Shown: in pieces, positions 46,451-47,776 of the stretch
Position numbering within the stretch: position 1 is the stretch's first letter
How the letters are laid out: each line of letters begins with the position of its first letter
Origin: Candidatus Undinarchaeales archaeon SRR5007147.bin71
Lineage (GTDB): Archaea > Undinarchaeota > Undinarchaeia > Undinarchaeales > Undinarchaeaceae
DNA length: 47,776 nucleotides
Assembly (NCBI GenBank): GCA_014189675.1
Contig: DVAE01000001.1
Coordinates: 1-47,776 of the forward strand
Direction: 5' to 3'
Position numbers and translations under genes: made by a program
Notes under the pieces: generated by a model
Told to the model about the DNA's origin: nothing
The model's input: the letters and a program-made list of their open reading frames with translations, nothing else
Database searches by the model: none

Positions 46451-46507
46451 GAACTCCCGACCACGTGACCCCCAGCCACGCATCATACCAAGCTAGACCA
46501 CAGCCCC
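46434..46507 (-). tRNA. tRNA-Pro(GGG)
   Basis: Reverse complement gives acceptor GGGGCTG...CAGCCCC A, anticodon arm CGTGG-CTGGGGG-TCACG and T loop TTCAAAT. Confidence 0.96.
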
Positions 46508-46568
46508 TTTTTTTAGAAGCTTTTAATGAATCGTAAGAGATATAAGCACTTCTCCCCCCTATAAAAAT

Positions 46569-47141
46569 ATGGCAAGAAAGAAGATTGATTTGGGAGAACA
46601 TTTTTCCAAGCACTTGCATGACATCCTTCTTTATCCGAAGGCAGCAATAAGAAAAATACTCAAAGAAGACCGTAGCACCATAGGGCTATGGGTTCCGGCC
46701 TTTGTTGTAGTGGGAGCTGCCATACTGACTTCGCTAGGAAGCGCTATCTGGAGTATAATAATAACTGATTCAACTTTGATTGGTCTCATGGAGGTAGCGA
46801 AGTTCTATCTGAGCTTCGTAGTTCTTCCTTTCTGGTATCTGAGCTTGTGGATAGTCTGGGCGCTTGCAATACATTTTATGGCTTCAGTATTCACAGGAAA
46901 GGACATAACGAACTGGGATGTCTTCTATAGAACTATGAAAGTAGTAGGAATTGCATGGGCACCACTTTTCCTGAATATATTGCCTTTCTTTGTAAGAATA
47001 ACATGGTTCTGGTGGATTTATCTGGTCTTTTGGGGTGTAAAATACAACTACGGCACATCCAAAAAGACTGCATTCATGGTTGTAGTTCCAGCGCTATTTA
47101 TTGAAGTTCTAAAACTTTACACTTTATTAGCCTCATTATAG
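46569..47141 (+). CDS. Yip1-like membrane protein
   Basis: IL..P..A...I, W....H..A..F.G, V.G.AW.P and G....YG.S..TA patterns; about 5 TMs. Confidence 0.72.
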   Translation: MARKKIDLGEHFSKHLHDILLYPKAAIRKILKEDRSTIGLWVPAFVVVGAAILTSLGSAIWSIIITDSTLIGLMEVAKFYLSFVVLPFWYLSLWIVWALAIHFMASVFTGKDITNWDVFYRTMKVVGIAWAPLFLNILPFFVRITWFWWIYLVFWGVKYNYGTSKKTAFMVVVPALFIEVLKLYTLLASL

Positions 47142-47179
47142 GCAGATTTTTAACTCTGCTGATTTATTAATCATCTATT

Positions 47180-47263
47180 GCGGGGATTCCAGAGCGGCCA
47201 AATGGGCAGGATTTAAGCTCCTGTGGCTTAGTGCCTTCGTGGGTTCGAATCCCCCTCCCCGCA
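47180..47263 (+). tRNA. tRNA-Leu(TAA)
   Basis: Acceptor GCGGGGA/TCCCCGC, anticodon arm CAGGA-TTTAAGC-TCCTG, long variable arm and T loop TTCGAAT. Confidence 0.95.
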
Positions 47264-47311
47264 CTTTTTACTTTGTTATTATATAACACTTAATCTTATG
47301 GAATAATATAT

Positions 47312-47632
47312 ATGAAGAAAAATATTTTTGAGGGTGTTCCAGAGAATCTTGAGCTCAGTGAAGAATTTATTGATAAAATTATCAATACTGAGAATCTTAT
47401 CATTAAGAGAATTATCTCAAAGGGGCACAAATCTCCTAAAGGTGAGTGGTATGACCAGGATAAAAACGAGTGGGTATTGTTAATTAAGGGGAGTGCAAGA
47501 CTTGCCTATGAAGATGGTGAGAAAATAAGCCTTAGCGAAGGAGACCATATTAATATTCCAGCACATACAAAACACCGGCTTGACTGGACTGACCCTGAAC
47601 AAGATACTGTATGGTTACTTGTGTATTATTAA
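47312..47632 (+). CDS. Cupin domain protein
   Basis: RI.S.GH.SP...WYDQ...EWV....G.A.L and IPAH.KHR..WT motifs. Confidence 0.9.
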   Translation: MKKNIFEGVPENLELSEEFIDKIINTENLIIKRIISKGHKSPKGEWYDQDKNEWVLLIKGSARLAYEDGEKISLSEGDHINIPAHTKHRLDWTDPEQDTVWLLVYY

Positions 47633-47639
47633 ATAAAAT

Positions 47640-47776
47640 CTAAATTTCCAAGTCGTCGATTTTGGCAGCCATTATAAAATCATTTACGCTGAGACCGCCA
47701 ATAGCATGTGTCCAGAATGTTATCTTGACTTTTCCCCAGGTAAAATCTATATTCGGATGATGCCCCTGCTCTTCCG
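47640..47776 (-). CDS. phhB: Pterin-4a-carbinolamine dehydratase (C-terminal part; runs off the window)
   Basis: Reverse strand reads ..EEQGHHPNIDFTWGKVKITFWTHAIGGLSVNDFIMAAKIDDLEI*, with HHP and TH..GGLS..DF..AAKID signatures. Confidence 0.9.
   Translation of the reverse strand, partial: EEQGHHPNIDFTWGKVKITFWTHAIGGLSVNDFIMAAKIDDLEI

Noticed and set aside
46033..46619. ORFs 46033-46452, 46262-46486 and 46365-46619 with repeated peptides
   Set aside because: They are translations of the 84-bp repeat and of the tRNA-Pro gene or proS antisense strand.
7084..47263. tRNA introns or split/permuted tRNAs, suggested by the presence of rtcB and archease
   Set aside because: All four tRNAs are contiguous with normal 7-nt anticodon loops; no bulge-helix-bulge insertions were seen.

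Overview
Gene-dense archaeal chromosomal window, probably from a small-genome DPANN-type archaeon (inferred from archaeal ribosomal proteins, aIF5A, aRF1, Cbf5, Nob1, Rpo10 and near-zero intergenic spacing; the lineage cannot be fixed from sequence alone). It holds the end of the spc ribosomal operon (uL18-uS5-uL30-uL15-secY-adk-DUF106-cmk-eL14-cbf5) and four intron-less tRNAs (Ser-GGA, Ala-CGC, Pro-GGG, Leu-TAA). It also has an iron/Fe-S cluster (VIT1, FNR-like, rtcB/archease, sufBDSUC with an HTH regulator and a ferredoxin), RNase Z, a folate C1 trio, ion transporters, an aIF5A-agmatinase-SpoIIM-nob1 cluster, aRF1, valS, proS and eL18-uL13-uS9-rpo10. The most striking unexplained element is a ~215-nt segment (9056-9270) behind its own TATA box. 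It consists of two 93-nt copies of a predicted four-way-junction RNA fold with clear compensatory base changes, and it lies downstream of a VRR-NUC nuclease and an unannotated zinc-ribbon microprotein. Other candidates are an 84-bp tandem repeat that regenerates the tRNA-Pro 3' end, a putative Fe-S-sensing suf repressor with an operator palindrome, and an unassigned AAA+/wHTH ATPase plus Zn-ribbon gene pair.
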